Numbered from the stretch's first letter, positions 12,560-26,096 are shown. The stretch is 42,574 bases of DNA from Catajapyx aquilonaris (GCA_000934665.2 KZ538190.1:62001-104574); one strand, 5' to 3'. The notes: a model not told the origin generated them from the sequence alone. Program-made: numbers and translations.

Positions 12560-15500
12560 CACGATACTCTGGGGATATATCCTATACGGCAATAAATTCG
12601 AATGAATAAAACCTCTCGGTAAAAAAAATAAAAAATGGTTAGATAATTCGGCCAGAGTGCTGCGTCTTAAATATGATCATATAATTACTCGAGTGAACAC
12701 GTTTAACCCAGATATTCTGAAAAACATAAAACTTCATACTTTTGCCATTAAGACCGAAAAAGCAATTTTGAACCAATTTAAAAGTGCACCGGAGAAGTTC
12801 GTAACTCTCCCAACGTTGGCCCCCCCAAGTCATCACTCGATTTGGGTCGCTACTATTACGTCTGTTGTTCTGCAATCCAATCGTGACATTATCGATCCGA
12901 AGCCAACTTATTTGTATTGTCAACGGTGCATGTTGCGTCAATGTTTGTGACAATAAAGTGATGTCGTTCATTAAGCCCCCCCATTGTCACCAAATCATGT
13001 AGAACATTAAACAACAATCGTGAAACAAGCACACGCTTATTATGTCCCGCTGATTAAATTAATACGCGCATTTCAGGACGCCACTATCAGACTAACAATG
13101 TGTCTGGATTGATGGAGTTCTACTGTATACTTCGTAGTTATATATTTTTTTTCTTTCTTCCTGACCAGATTTTGCAGACGGCAGCACTGCAACTTGGGTA
13201 TATCGGCTTGTCACCCTGATCGCACTGTCGCTCAAGAGGGAATTCGGATTTTTCCCCGCATCACAGGGCAAGGATATCGGCTTTCAGGAGATGGTGAAAG
13301 CACGCTTCTCAACCCTTCACTCAAAGTTTCACCTAACCCACTAAAAACATTCCCCTTGCCTCACCACTCCCTAAACAAACCCGTATCACCTACACAGGAC
13401 CCCGGAAACCCCCCCCCCTCCCCCTCACCAAAACTTGTTTGCAAAACGACGTCGCAAAGAGCGCATTATCCTTTCAACTACATAAGCATAATAACAACTC
13501 CAGCGAAAACGTAAACAATGTCGCATCAATTTTGAAACTTGATTTTAATGCAGTTAAAGTCTTAACTGGCTTGCTCCGGCGCTTTGCAAAACATCCCCAA
13601 ACAAGCGGCACTAATTGAACCCCACAGTCGCACTCCGCAAACTTCCAAACAAACTCTCTCCAACGGTACCCCGGTACACAACATCCCCTTTCCAAAACTT
13701 GTGCCGTTCAGGTGGCCGTATATTACGCGTGTAATACTCATCCCCCGCGTCCATATTGAACCTGCAGTGAACGACATCGCTTCTACTGCAGGAAGCCTGC
13801 TCTTGGTAATTAAACGCTCCTCTCCCGCAGCGAAACCCAAGCACCAAAATCCGCCTTCAACACGACCAAGCCCCCCGATGATCGAATTTGGAAAGCTCCA
13901 ACAATGCTAAACAATACATGGGGTCCCAAATATGTACACATAATGCGGTTGGTCCGGAGAACCTTGGCCGTATATCAGCCCAAATCAACGGCAGATGCTC
14001 ACCTTGCACCTCTTATTTAAAAGGCGGCAGGTGGTCAATGATCAAAGTCCCTCAGAAGCTTCTCTCCTTTAAAAAAAAGGGGGCCAAGAGATAGAAATGG
14101 GTGGTGGAAAGGGGGGGGGGGGGGCAAAAAAAATCTGTCCGATGCCACCTTGCGCCTGCCCTGCACTGCCTGATTTATGGCCAGCAGCCTCCAGACTCCG
14201 GTGGAAAATGCAGAGATGAAACAAAAGAATGGTGGAAAAAATAGGAAAAAAAGGAAGGCTCGATGCCGCAAAGACTTCGGAACTCGAGTGAAAAACTAGG
14301 ATATATGACACCATAAGGTATCCTAATACGTAGTACCGCGTGTTGGTCCATGGTGAGGAACAGAAGCGGCCAAGTACACTCAAAGGACTCAATTTATAAA
14401 TAAACAATGCAATGCGGCGGAAGTAGTTTCAACAATAATAATTTACATAATCGGATTGGTACTGTACTGTACATATATAGGGTATATCCCGGTTTAATTA
14501 AAGTTTGAAGTTAGTCATCCAAGTATGGGGGAAACACAATGCTGAATCACTTGAAGTGGGGACGAGTATTGTTGAGATATATGGAGTGTTAATTTTTAAT
14601 CTCATAAATGAACTACGAAAGATTTATGTGACAGGTGTCGGAACTGATTGCGGCGGGAGCTTGATGAAAACTGCTTCGCTACACTGAACTGGAAAAACGG
14701 TACAGTCAATTCTGATTATTAACATTCAATGTTCCATTAATTTGCGGGGTAATTTATTTATCTAGGCATCAGTAGCTAGAAATAATAGCGAAACTAAACG
14801 TTGAATTTTAAGTTAATTATGCCCCACATACGCCGAAATGTATCCACAATAAACCGGCACCAAATTTACATATTGCACTCAAACGCTTAACACCGGATCA
14901 ATCCGAACCTTTTTTAAACGAACCGTCGCGTCGCTTTAATAATGCTGTTTTTGCCACGAAAAGAGGACACTCCCCTTCATTTCACGCATGAAGTGAATAA
15001 CTAAGATGACGATGACGCGCATAAGATGACGCCACGCATGCCAATAATTAAGCCCGAAAAAAAAATATGCCAGATAGCTTAGGACCTTAAAAAATGGCGT
15101 TTGTTCAAGTGACATTAGCGTTAGGCCATTACACTCCAAAATGTCATCCGGAATGAAAAGGCAGGGAGGAAAAAGAGACGTATATATAGGAGCAGGAAAA
15201 CAAAAAGGCGACTATCGAGGAAACGATGACGATCTGAAAGTCTAGAGACCTTGCTGGCAAACTCCCATGCACATAATATTATTCTCCTTCCAGATCGATT
15301 CAGTCCATTTAGCGGGGCCTTCAAAAGGGGAGCCCTGCCCTACCCCCTTCTCCCCCTTATTGCCCCTCCTTCCCCCTCCCTAGCCAGCCTCCATTATGAC
15401 GTCATCCATTGTGAGCCCGGACGTATATTACTACTCCCGAGCCGTTGTTCCGGACAATTCGAATCCATTCGCTGATTTGGATTTTCCTGGGAGGGATCAT

Positions 15501-18104
15501 AAGGGGCTTCAAACGCTTGGCTATTAACTTAAAGGGTGTCTGCAAAAGGGTGCCCGTAAATGGGGCCCCACAGAAATGGATGGTGCCCCCGAGGTTTTGC
15601 TTGCTGGGTTATCATAACAAATGCAATCCTCCACTTTCGGTACCCACTCGATAAATTCTCATTACAGCGCCAGCAGCCGATTTTGGTGCCGCTCTCCAGC
15701 AGGCCTTCTCTTCTTCCTGATTTAAAATCATCCCGGGCTCAAAACCTTTCCGACCCGGGCCCCCTTCCCTAAATCAGACTTTAACATAATTATCCATTTG
15801 CAAAAGCGTGGATTAGACTGCCATTCCTTTACTCGCCTGGATCACTTCAGAACAAAGTTGAACATCTCTCAAGAACCGAGTCTCTTCAACTGAGTCGAGA
15901 CAAGGCAAACGGTAAAAAAAAATTTAGGGTGCAAAACTTCTAAAAAGGTAGGGTAATTACCCCCCTGCGTAGTTAAAGAGTGTCTTTGAAGGTGTTGATA
16001 AGATTAGGCTTCCTTTTAAATGATTACGTCATTATCGGTAGCGTACTGCAGATGTTTAGCCCCGGGGCCGACGGTTGGACTGATAGAATGGCAACGCAGC
16101 AGAAAACTTAAAAGGTCAGTTGGGGCGAAAGGAGCGGGAACACCTGCCTCTTCCCATTGGTCTACACCTGGTTTTGGGGACCAATAGAAAGCCTCCATCT
16201 CGGCCCTGGGACATTTAAACGCTGAAATTGTTTTTGGTGGGCCCGGGAGAGTTGGGTAGGCTGGCGGGCGAGGGGGGGGGGACCTGTTCCACCGGTCAAT
16301 CCACTTTTCTCATGACACGTACTACTACCTGGCAGTCAGTTTTGGCCTCTTCTGCAAAACTTGTGTGTAGTGGGGAAGAGACTCGGAAAAATCCCTTGGC
16401 GGCCACTCTTTTGTCTTCTGCTGTTGAATAATGATCCGAAACGGAGAAAGAAATTATATCAACAGCTGTGGGCGCGTCAGGAGCAGCAGGGACAACAATA
16501 ACACACGAGGGAGGGGCATATGTGTGGTGTGCTTTTTCAATATAAAATAACGAGCAAATAAAGCCGGAATTTAAATAAACTGACATGATTCTGTGTAGTC
16601 GCATAGGCTGCTAACATCATTATGATCGGCAGAGCGAATAGCATATATGCTGTACGCAAATTGAAAATGCTCCGCCACCAGGAGCAAAATGAATCTAGTG
16701 TAAACCTAACATCTGCACACAGTAGTTGAAATGAACTGATTAGGCCGTTATGAACGATCGTGTTTGCAGTACACTAAAGCGAGTTAATATTCATGTTTTC
16801 AAATATTTCTATCATAATGGCCTATTCTACAATTTGCATAATAGGATGGAAAATGTAGCATGCACTTGGTTTGCTTCAGGATCCTGTTGGACCCGTCCTA
16901 AAACGGGGGACCGGCTGAAATTTGCACGCCATTATGACCGAATAGGCCGGTGTCATCAAATAATCAGGAAAATAACTCCGCCCCTGACCTGCCCTTATGC
17001 AAAAGTGATCCGCAAGACAGCATAGCCCCAGACTCTCCAGGCCAAGTCAAAATTAATAAATCTCTCTGCAGTCCACGGACCGTCTCAAATTATTTAGACC
17101 CGATGTGGACCCCTCCTAGACCAGCAGTGTCCGTCTTGCGCGCACAGCCCGTAAAGATAAAAAATTAATGGTCGGCTTAAGGAACGAGGCAGTCCGAGTG
17201 CCATATTGGCCAATTGTGTCACCTCGAATTAGAGCCAGACAGAGTCCACCGGGGACACCATGCTGTTACTGCACTTCTCTTTTTCTCTTCCTATCTCTTC
17301 CTCTACACCTGCTATACACCTTCGCACGTCTCCCAACAGACCTAACAATTTAACTCCCTTGACCTGAATACACTTGTGGATTATTTAACCCCACCTTTTT
17401 CCCCACAGCACACTTCCTTCCTCCCTTTCTAACCAAATTCCTCCTCTTCCAAACGTTGGCGTCCACATCTATCACCCCTTCCTGCCTACAACGCAATTGT
17501 TCTAGACGTCTGAATGTCAGGTGCAATACAGAGCCTCCTCTCTGTTCAGGCCGCTGCCCCCGAATCCTGTCCGCTCTGGGGATAGTGCACATCGTTTTTA
17601 ACTAGTCAGCACCTTCCGCTTCTACAAGTTTCACAGCAACAATTACGCGGGCCTGGGTATATGTACAGTACAGTCCACCCATACACAGCTTTTTGCCTTC
17701 AGCATTACCATTCATTAGGCAGGGAGTATATAACATGGCATGCCTCTCGCGAACACGGCCTGTACAGTAGGCTACGCTACACTACAACAACAAAACGGGG
17801 TGGGGGGGGGGGGGCAAGTAATCGCCCGGAGATATTTCGGACTTATAATGGGTCGCAAAATGCATGTTGCTTGATTCGTGTCATGTGGGGAAGAACTGAA
17901 ACTGCGAGCCACCTGACGTACAGTTTCTCCTAATGTACGACGCAAATGGTAGTGCATCACACCGTCCAACTAACAATAGGACATAAATTCCTGCACTTTT
18001 ATTCTTCCATTCTTCAGCCACTGGCTGAGTGCAGACGACCCTAAACAATTAGCCATCAATTTTTCCCCCTCTGCCCAACCAGGAGGCAAAACAACTAATT
18101 TCAT

Positions 18105-18207
18105 GTACAGAAAATGAGAGAACGATCTGACGTCATCAAGGTTTCCAGAACAATATGAGTAAACAGTGTCAAAAAATGACGTCAGATCGTCCTCTCGTTT
18201 TTCGTAC
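18105..18207. repeat. 32-bp imperfect inverted repeat (mini-MITE-like), each arm carrying TGACGTCA
   Basis: GTACAGAAAATGAGAGAACGATCTGACGTCAT (18105-18136) vs reverse complement of 18176-18207 GTACGAAAAACGAGAGGACGATCTGACGTCAT; 4 mismatches, 39-nt spacer. Confidence 0.75.
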
Positions 18208-18994
18208 GTTACGTAACGTTAACCCCCAAGTGCATTTGGCAAGCTACGCGATGAAAATGCTGAGTGACAATTTCCAAGAGTCTGGCACAATATACGTCCG
18301 CACTTAACACTTATCCACGTACTCGATCAGATACTCCAGAGAAACATTCCAGCAAGCTGGCAATGGGGTGAGGACGGGGGGGAAGCGGGGGTTGGAAATG
18401 GGAGTGAAGGGTGGAAACCCTCTCCTCTGGGACCGGACCTGCTTTCAGGAGTATTTGGCAAATATACTATCCTATTGAATTTTGGTGAACGCTTCAGATG
18501 GGACATGGAACTCGGAGCGAGCTGCGGTCAGCCTCTCGGCGGGCAGTGGTACTACGTAACTTCGTAAGCAGCATGGTTACCCAGAGATATATGACACCCG
18601 GTCAAATGGGAGGCACACCGTGTAGTCCGGCATGAACCCCCCCTCAAAAAAAAAGGGTTGGTGCGGCATCCCAAAGTTACTCAAAAGGAAGCCAGCCTTG
18701 CGGAAATAGATCAAGGGTATAGTTGACGAGGGGAACGAATTGAGGAATGTGATGCAGCAGCATCGATTGTCAACCGGCTCTGGCGCTAAAGAGAAAATGC
18801 GCACTGGACAAGAAAGCTATGCAGGTGTAGCACCTGGACCCAAAGGGTACGCATCACACGATTGTCACAGATAGTTGATGCTGGGACATCATTCATTTGG
18901 ATCGTTTAGGGTTCAGAATGAACGTGTTTTATCAGTTGAAAAGCCTGACTATGGTGGACACACGGTAAGATTCAATATTAATTGCGCAATTATT

Positions 18995-19210
18995 TTTAAT
19001 TCATTCCCATTCCATTTTGTACCATTCACTGACGGATTTCATGCGCTTCAATTCCATTCACTGACATTCACCTTTCATTTCCAGGCCGTCCCATCCCATT
19101 CAACATTCATTTCCTATTCCCGTCCATTCTTCAGTAAATTGAGATCCCATTCCATTCATTTCAATTCATCAGAATAGAGTAATTCGCGAATAAAAGGCAT
19201 TCCGAATTGG
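18995..19210 (+). repeat. Dispersed element with degenerate (CATTC/AATTC)n interior, copy 1
   Basis: Degenerate pentamer array; the segment GTCCATTCTTCAG..AA.TGAG...ATTCCATTCATTTCA...CCGAATTG is shared with 31762-31858. Confidence 0.65.
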
Positions 19211-19545
19211 TGGTTTACACCACGGACCGTAACAATTCACACGGAAATGTATATGATATGATATGATATGACATATACTGTATGTCTAATAAATACAATG
19301 TATATGTTTAAATTAATGTAGGCTACTTCTATACAGTATATGGAGGTAATGCCAAAAGGCACTAAAATAATATTAAACACATATTTACAATACTTAAATC
19401 AAAATAATTTGCAATTATATGGTCGAAGTAAAATGAATATATACACTGTAGAATAATATACCTATACTATATGATCGCCAATGGAGGTAACACTATAGTA
19501 CGGTTCATTTTTACTTTATTGCACGTCCAGTATTAGGCTATAGCC

Positions 19546-19744
19546 TAATCATATTAATTGAACTTTTGTGGTGGGTCTTAAAAATTTTATTTATTATTAG
19601 CTACTCTCCAAAATTTTGTTCTATCTCATATTCATGTTTATACAGTATATAAATATGAATATGAGATATAACAAAATTTTGGAGAGTAGCTAATAATAAA
19701 TAACATTTTTAAGACCCACCACAAAAGTTCAATTAATATGATTA
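19546..19744. repeat. 199-bp near-perfect foldback palindrome
   Basis: ~97-bp arms (TAATCATATTAATTGAACTTTTGTGGTGGGTCTTAAAAA... and its reverse complement) with 3 mismatches and a ~5-nt centre within TACAGTA. Confidence 0.95.
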
Positions 19745-20421
19745 CAGTCCATACAGTTCAGCTTAATAATTAGTTAATTGGAACCTACTGCTCTATTATA
19801 CAATAGTAGCATTACATCCGTATAGTTCTGATATTTTATTGTGTTTTTGGAACTGTCAGTATAGTTCTTTGTCAATAGCTATGGTCTCACAGTCAGTTAC
19901 AGAACAGGGGTGATAATGTGCCCTTTGGCTCAGGTGCTCGGCACAATCATGTAATGGGATCTGGGCGAGGGATTTCACAGACTAATTGGAATTCGGGACT
20001 CAGCCAAGAGGAAAACTTTTATGCTGACAACTCTAGGTGGGTTTATTTAGTTTGAAGACAACAACCTATTTTGCAGTTGTAGATAGCATTGCGAATTATT
20101 TTGATGTAGTCCAGATTGGCTGAATATTCGGTTTACAGCGTGCATGTAGACTACAGTACTGTACGTCCTTTAAATATTCAGTTGTGTATGAAAAATTGCT
20201 CATATAATCCTGATATTAAATATTCATTTTTTGTAAGGGAAACGGTTAGACCCTAGTAATTACATTGCCGCGTGTGTAAAAAACTGTAACCGAAAAATAG
20301 TTAAAAACGAATGAGCCGCTTTTCACGGATTAGATGAAAGACTAGTAAAAAAAGCAGCCCATTATCCTATTTTAATCTCGATAAAATAATTTAAAGTTTA
20401 TTTTCAAATTTAGGGAAAAAT

Positions 20422-20460
20422 CTGATGAGCCTCGCACGTCCAAGACGCAAAACCGCGGGC
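20422..20460 (+). ncRNA. Degenerate minimal hammerhead ribozyme motif (Penelope-type), probably inactive
   Basis: CTGATGA-GCCTCG-cacgtc-CAAGAC-GCAAAAC-CGCG-GGC resembles CUGAUGA-stemII-GAAAC-CGCG-GUC, with mutations in stem II, the GAAA core and the cleavage triplet. Confidence 0.35.
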
Positions 20461-22214
20461 ACACTTATTATTATCTTATGGAATAAGACCTTCCCTTTCA
20501 CCAAAATGTCACTTGTTTATTCTTATCCTACAGGCTCTGACTCGTAGAGCAGGTCTAAGGTTCTGGCTGGTCCTTGGTCGTCCTTATACTACAAGGCCGT
20601 CCATTGTGTAGACTAACATTACTATTTCTTCGTGACATATTATCATTGAATAACGTTTCGATACTGACGACTGACAAAATGACCATAAATGCCCGTTGAG
20701 CGCAATTTGTGACCAAGATATGTCAACGGAAATGTCACGTGGGTCTTGCGACGTACGCAATATGATAGTGTGTATAGTATACTATATAGATACCTGTAGG
20801 CCTTACGTTATAATGTAGTCTAGCTGTGCGTGATGATGCACGGGCAATGGATTAGATTTGAGGTTTAAGGACGCAAAGGCAGAAGCAGCGGCCATGCTGC
20901 GTCACAACCAAACTAACAATCTTAAAATTTTAATTCTGTAATACAGGTGCTTTAACTGTAAAACGACGCGTGAGGCCTGGCTGGTTACCTAAAGTCTCCC
21001 TTGGGGAGATGGAAAATGTCATTATCTGTAGCATACAGTATATACTGTACTACTGCTATAGGGAATCCAGTCGAATACTTGAATAGTTTGGGACAGTCCA
21101 GTACGTATGTAACCAACCGTGTAGTTCTAGCAATGAGGACACATTCGCATAGGTGAAAATTCCGCTGCAGAGTAGCTGACAATATTATGTGCACGATCTA
21201 GAAAGATATTTACTTTTCCCGTTGTAATAGTCAGTTGGCCCATCATATGACTCGTGAAAACTACATTTGTAATAAAGCATTAGTTACCAGTTCTAATTAT
21301 TAATTACTGTAATTAGACCGCAAATAATACATAACAATAACTGCAATATTAACCATTATAAGGGTCTGACTGGTAAATGGAACAACTACATGCAATAGTT
21401 CACAATGATTACGCAACATTAAAGAGGATCGACAGTGTAACGACATACTTGTCAATATTTTATTATTTGGCTTCCGAAATTAACTTTATCCGAACTACTG
21501 TACGTATATAGCTGTATACATCCGGCATGCATCATTTCACGATCCAATCTAACACGCTTCCCTCAATATTCACCATGCTGGCATATGATAGTACGAGCAT
21601 ACCACACATTTTTAGCTCTATTCCCCTATGCAATGCCGTGATCACTCATTTATGCGCATTTTCCTCCGAAGAAAATGGCCTGCCTCGCTTCCTGGAACAG
21701 CACACGTGCCTCGCCTCAGGGTATTGACCAAAAAAACAAAAACAAAAAAAACACACCTCGTCAACACCCGCCATGTTTCGTCGCCCTCACGTCAGCAACT
21801 CGCTTCTGATCGGCATCGTCCAGGTACGCACATATGTACGCACCACACCCCAGCAGGGATGTGCGCAACCGTAATTATGTGTACCAAATCTAAACATCAT
21901 CAATCAGTCAAGAGGGCATAAATATGACTGTGCATACAAGTACACACTGCACACATACCACCAGCAGTAACAACAACAAAAAAACGCAAGCGCTCGCCTG
22001 AGTTGATTAATTTGCTCGCCTAATTTTCTGGGGAATATTGGAAGCCGAAGAGATTGAATGATAGCAGCAGGTGGGTTCATTGGTGAATCAGCAGGCTTGG
22101 GAAGGGAAATGCAGTGAAGGGCTTGAAACCAGGTCTTGCGAGAAGAGTCCTGTTGAGCGTGGGAGTCAGTCACGCCAGGTAACTATGACATGAAGATGAT
22201 CCTCTGACGTCACG

Positions 22215-22568
22215 ACTCTCAGAAAAGACTCAAGGTCTGTTGATACCACCCCCCAACTCAACTACAGTCCTCCTCAACACTATCTCTTTCTCCAGCTGAC
22301 ATTGCTTTTCACAGACTCATTCCCCTACCTTGAAGGTTATGTTCCGTTGCGTTGTGCTGCACCTCGATGCCTTTTTCCAGCTAAATTGGGCTCTTATAAC
22401 GCCACTTGAAGGTCTAGGTGGGTGTGCAGCACCCGTGTTTGTAGGAGTGTCAGGTGGACAAATTGTTCTTTTATTGCGGTGCATTTCTAATTTTGGGGAG
22501 AGAATGAGCACGAGGAAAGTAGCACTTGTCTGCTGGGATAATATTAGCTGCAGTCTAGTTACTGACAT
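22215..22568 (-). pseudogene. Possible highly decayed Ty3/gypsy integrase C-terminal relic
   Basis: Translation ...SPKLEMHRNKRTICP...RNITFKVGE*V...NRP*V loosely resembles SPxxLMxGRxLRT and RxxxFxVGDxV...GPYxV; contains in-frame stops. Confidence 0.25.
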
Positions 22569-25230
22569 TGGAGTTATTATAACGTGGCAGGGTTGACATT
22601 AAGCTCCAGTTAAAAAATAAATAAATTGAGTGTAGTTTCTAGGCTGTGTCGGTTGGAACAATGTGCGAGAGATTTCTTCAGTTCCGGCAATAATAACCTG
22701 GTTGATACAAGTAGCCCTAGCATTTCATTATATTGCATGACCTGTCCGGATCTCACTTGGCCGGATAAATTTATGGCAAACATTATTCGCAGAAACAATT
22801 CGGGAAACATTTGCAAAATTTCGTTCGTTTGCATAATTGGCGTGCGTGAATATAGGATACACAATGCAGCCTACAGGGACTAAGTTGGGCTAATAATATG
22901 CCATGTTAGTCATTGGCCCTCTGGTGCGTCGTGTTACATACAAATACCAGCTTTTCTCCATCGAGCTTAACATAAATATCGGAAAATCACGGTTTGATCA
23001 TAGCCCTAATAATATTATGGATAAACATTACTGCCCAAAGCGGCATACCATGTCAGCATTACGCTTGGTAATTATGGCATATCAATTTTTGCATCGGTCC
23101 ATTATTTTTCTGCTATTTTATTTCGCGTATTGTATGTATGTTTTATAATTATCTTGTAATAGATACTGTTATGTCTAGATTCGGCCTGTTCGGCTATGTG
23201 GTTAGTTATCTGCAATAATGTTGCATTGGCGCTAATTACATTAATGTGACCTATTTGCTGGTTATGTCAAGTATAGACTATATAGATCACGCTGCGTGAT
23301 TGATATTAACCTGAAAACAATTTGCGTATCATTAGCAGGTTATTAATTATTGTCTGCAACTTGCCCTAAAACTATGCACGATTACTGGGAGATGTTACTT
23401 TTTTTGGTAAAACTTTCATTGTTTGGAACGCGGGGAAAGTTACTAATTGCCATTGTACGATACACCTAGATTACCTTTATAACATGGATTATCCATATAT
23501 GCCCATAGTGGGAATACCCTGGACTTCCAGGATTACCCTGCATTACTTGACAATGTGTACACTGGATTACTCGAGTTCCCTCTCGGTTTGTAACTGCAAC
23601 ATTTACGAAACAATAACAAAGGAATTCTGAGTTGGCCTATAGAGCGTTATTTATAGCGTACGGTACCTGTGAAGCCGATTGTAGCATTGATAGTCATTGA
23701 TGAATAAAGTTTTAAATAATGTACTATCAATCATCAATCCGGCCTTATACCCGCAAGCTGCGCAATATATGTATATCTTTTGTTCCATCACTGACCATCC
23801 CTTTTACATGCATGAAAATCTCATGGTATACCGGTACATCGTGGTGGTGATGGGAATGACGAGGATGATTGTAATTAACTTGTTAGATTTAATTACCCTG
23901 TTTATACTGTGAAGTAGAGTCAGATATTGGTATACCGAGTTGTATACACTGTCCTATAGTTCCCCAGATGGGGGTTGGGAGAAAAAGTTATGGACTGGTT
24001 GCTGAAGCAGGGTCACATTCACTTGTCAGCATTGCTGACTTGACCCTGACTTGTTGTTGGAGTACAGTACAGTACACAATCCATAACACGTTCTTCCTTG
24101 ATCAACTGTAGGACTCGGAACTTGGACAATGCCCCACATTTTACAAGTTTAACATGCCCAATATGACCAGCAGCATTTTAAACCCGGCAAATATAATACA
24201 ATTTTCATTGTTCACTTACTGCAAAAACGTTTCTGAACAACAGTGCATTCAATAACAAACTCGTAAAAAAAATTTGCGTCAGTTTGGAATGCCTTGCGTC
24301 ACTTGGTGCCTGTATCATATGCCAATATGTCCTGCATGCATGGCAAACAGTGTGTTGTTGTTGTTGTTGTGTAACGGGATGCAATAATTCCAAGAGTATC
24401 AGCGGGATATGCAAAATAATCGTGGTAGAGTTGATGGCGGAATTCTCAAGATAAGTTAAGCTTCTCGCCGAGCCCTTGTCGCATAAATTATAGGCTATGG
24501 TTAATTTAGGCTGTGGGAGATATGTTAACTTAAGTCTTGAATAAATGTTCGCTCTAAAAGTTAGCCAAGGCCAAGAAAATATTCTACTTTCTCTACACCC
24601 ATGGGTATCTCACACACCTGATGTCTTGTGCAAGTTGGGGAAATTGTGATTTTCAGTAGTGAATCAAAGAGAATTTATGTTGTTACAGTAATAATGGGAC
24701 GTTATATATCCCTACCAAGCAGGAACAAGCTACACATTAATAACACTCGCCATACTAATTCCTCCAGAATATACAATCTCACAAGTCAGTTCGTAAATGC
24801 AATACCAGCAGTTTTTGAAATTTACATAATAATAAACAAAATTGAATTTATAGCCAGCTTGGTACAAATCCGAGTTTGCAAGTGCTTCAAATAACTCTTT
24901 TAATTGCAAAATCTGTTTAAACTATTTGATGCATCACTGTAAAAGTGTTAAAACAAACTAGCCTAACAATTTGTGGTCATTTGTATTAATTTTAACTCCA
25001 ACCAGGCATATGCCCTCGTCACTCGTTTGTTATTTTGTCGATTATTCTATTACCAAACTATGCGAAATACAAAACAACAATAATACGGTAGTGGTTTACA
25101 AATCAATGTTTTGTCATCAGTCGCTTCCGCAGTGTCAAAAGTAGTTAACTTTTGCATATCAGGCCCTCATTTTTGCTTCACTGATCATGACTATAGGGCT
25201 ACTTAATGCAATATATGTTGTGTATTGTAT

Positions 25231-25269
25231 GTGGTGTTCCAATTTAAATGAATTAAATTGGAACACCAC
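25231..25269. repeat. Perfect 17-bp hairpin
   Basis: GTGGTGTTCCAATTTAA-ATGAA-TTAAATTGGAACACCAC. Confidence 0.9.
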
Positions 25270-25293
25270 GCTAAGCTTCTTCTTTTAAGCAGG

Positions 25294-25558
25294 CAGTTAC
25301 TTTTAGTGGTTATCAAAAGTATTCGTTGTTAAAGTTAGGATGTATGCACACATCATTTTTAAAGCCCACAATGGGGGATATGGCCTGGAAATATTAGTTT
25401 TGCCATTGACTTTCGGCGCCAATTATTGCAATGCAATGGGTTTTTCCTAATTGGAAATTCATTGTGATTCAGAGCTTGGATAGATGATTCAATGTGGCCT
25501 TATTAGCAGCTAATACTTTTGATAACCCCTAAGCATACTAACTACGTAAAAGTAACTG
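25294..25558. mobile_element. MITE-like element with imperfect TIRs
   Basis: TTAGTGGTTATCAAAAGTATTCGTTGTTAA (25303-25332) vs reverse complement of 25503-25532 TTAGGGGTTATCAAAAGTATTAGCTGCTAA; outer pair CAGTTACTTTT / AAAAGTAACTG; core 25306-25529 flanked by TA. Confidence 0.65.
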
Positions 25559-25983
25559 ATTAAATATAGGTAACTTAACCACAAAATAATTTCAAATGGA
25601 ATTTCAAATGTCTTGTTATGAACATCTGTTTACTGTGTATTGTATGCAGTCCAGTGAAAACAGCATAACAGAAAATATATTGTTTTCATCGCCTGTCGTG
25701 TGACGCACTCAGAATATTTGTCTGGTATACTTGGTAGCTGTTGACGTCAATCCTTAGAGCAGAAAACACCCTAAAATATGCGCCAAGGAATCCTTCATAT
25801 CGCTATATGAACAAGGAACTATTTTGAGTCTTACACAATCAGTCGAAACCTAAGCAGATGATACAGACTTGAGGTGTACTGTACTGTACCTGTATATGAC
25901 AGGTTTAATACCGCAATACAGGTTGAGGTGTACTTCTTCTCGGACTTACTTGTTAGATGCTCCAAGACAAATATGATTTTGTC

Positions 25984-26096
25984 ATGCAAGTGAATAATAG
26001 GGGTGGTCACCCTACGGGGCAGGCAATCCTTTAGCATGGATGCTGGTTGGGGATGAAATACCCCGCAGCAGGGTGACCCACATGATTCATCTGCAT
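25984..26096. repeat. Degenerate inverted repeat (old MITE relic)
   Basis: ATGCAAGTGAATAATAGGGGTGGTCACCCTACGGGG vs reverse complement of the right arm ATGCAGATGAATCATGTGGGTCACCCTGCTGCGGGG. Confidence 0.45.

Noticed and set aside
16061..16210. CAGGGCCG-like inverted ends suggesting a hAT MITE
   Set aside because: Only ~11 bp of complementarity and no 8-bp TSD.
17200..18840. LINE ORF1/gag-like words (EGVIDV, SYAGVA)
   Set aside because: Too short, on opposite strands, and without intact zinc knuckles.
23380..23570. Scattered GATTAC/GTTACT repeats resembling hAT MITE subterminal arrays
   Set aside because: No definable termini or TSD.
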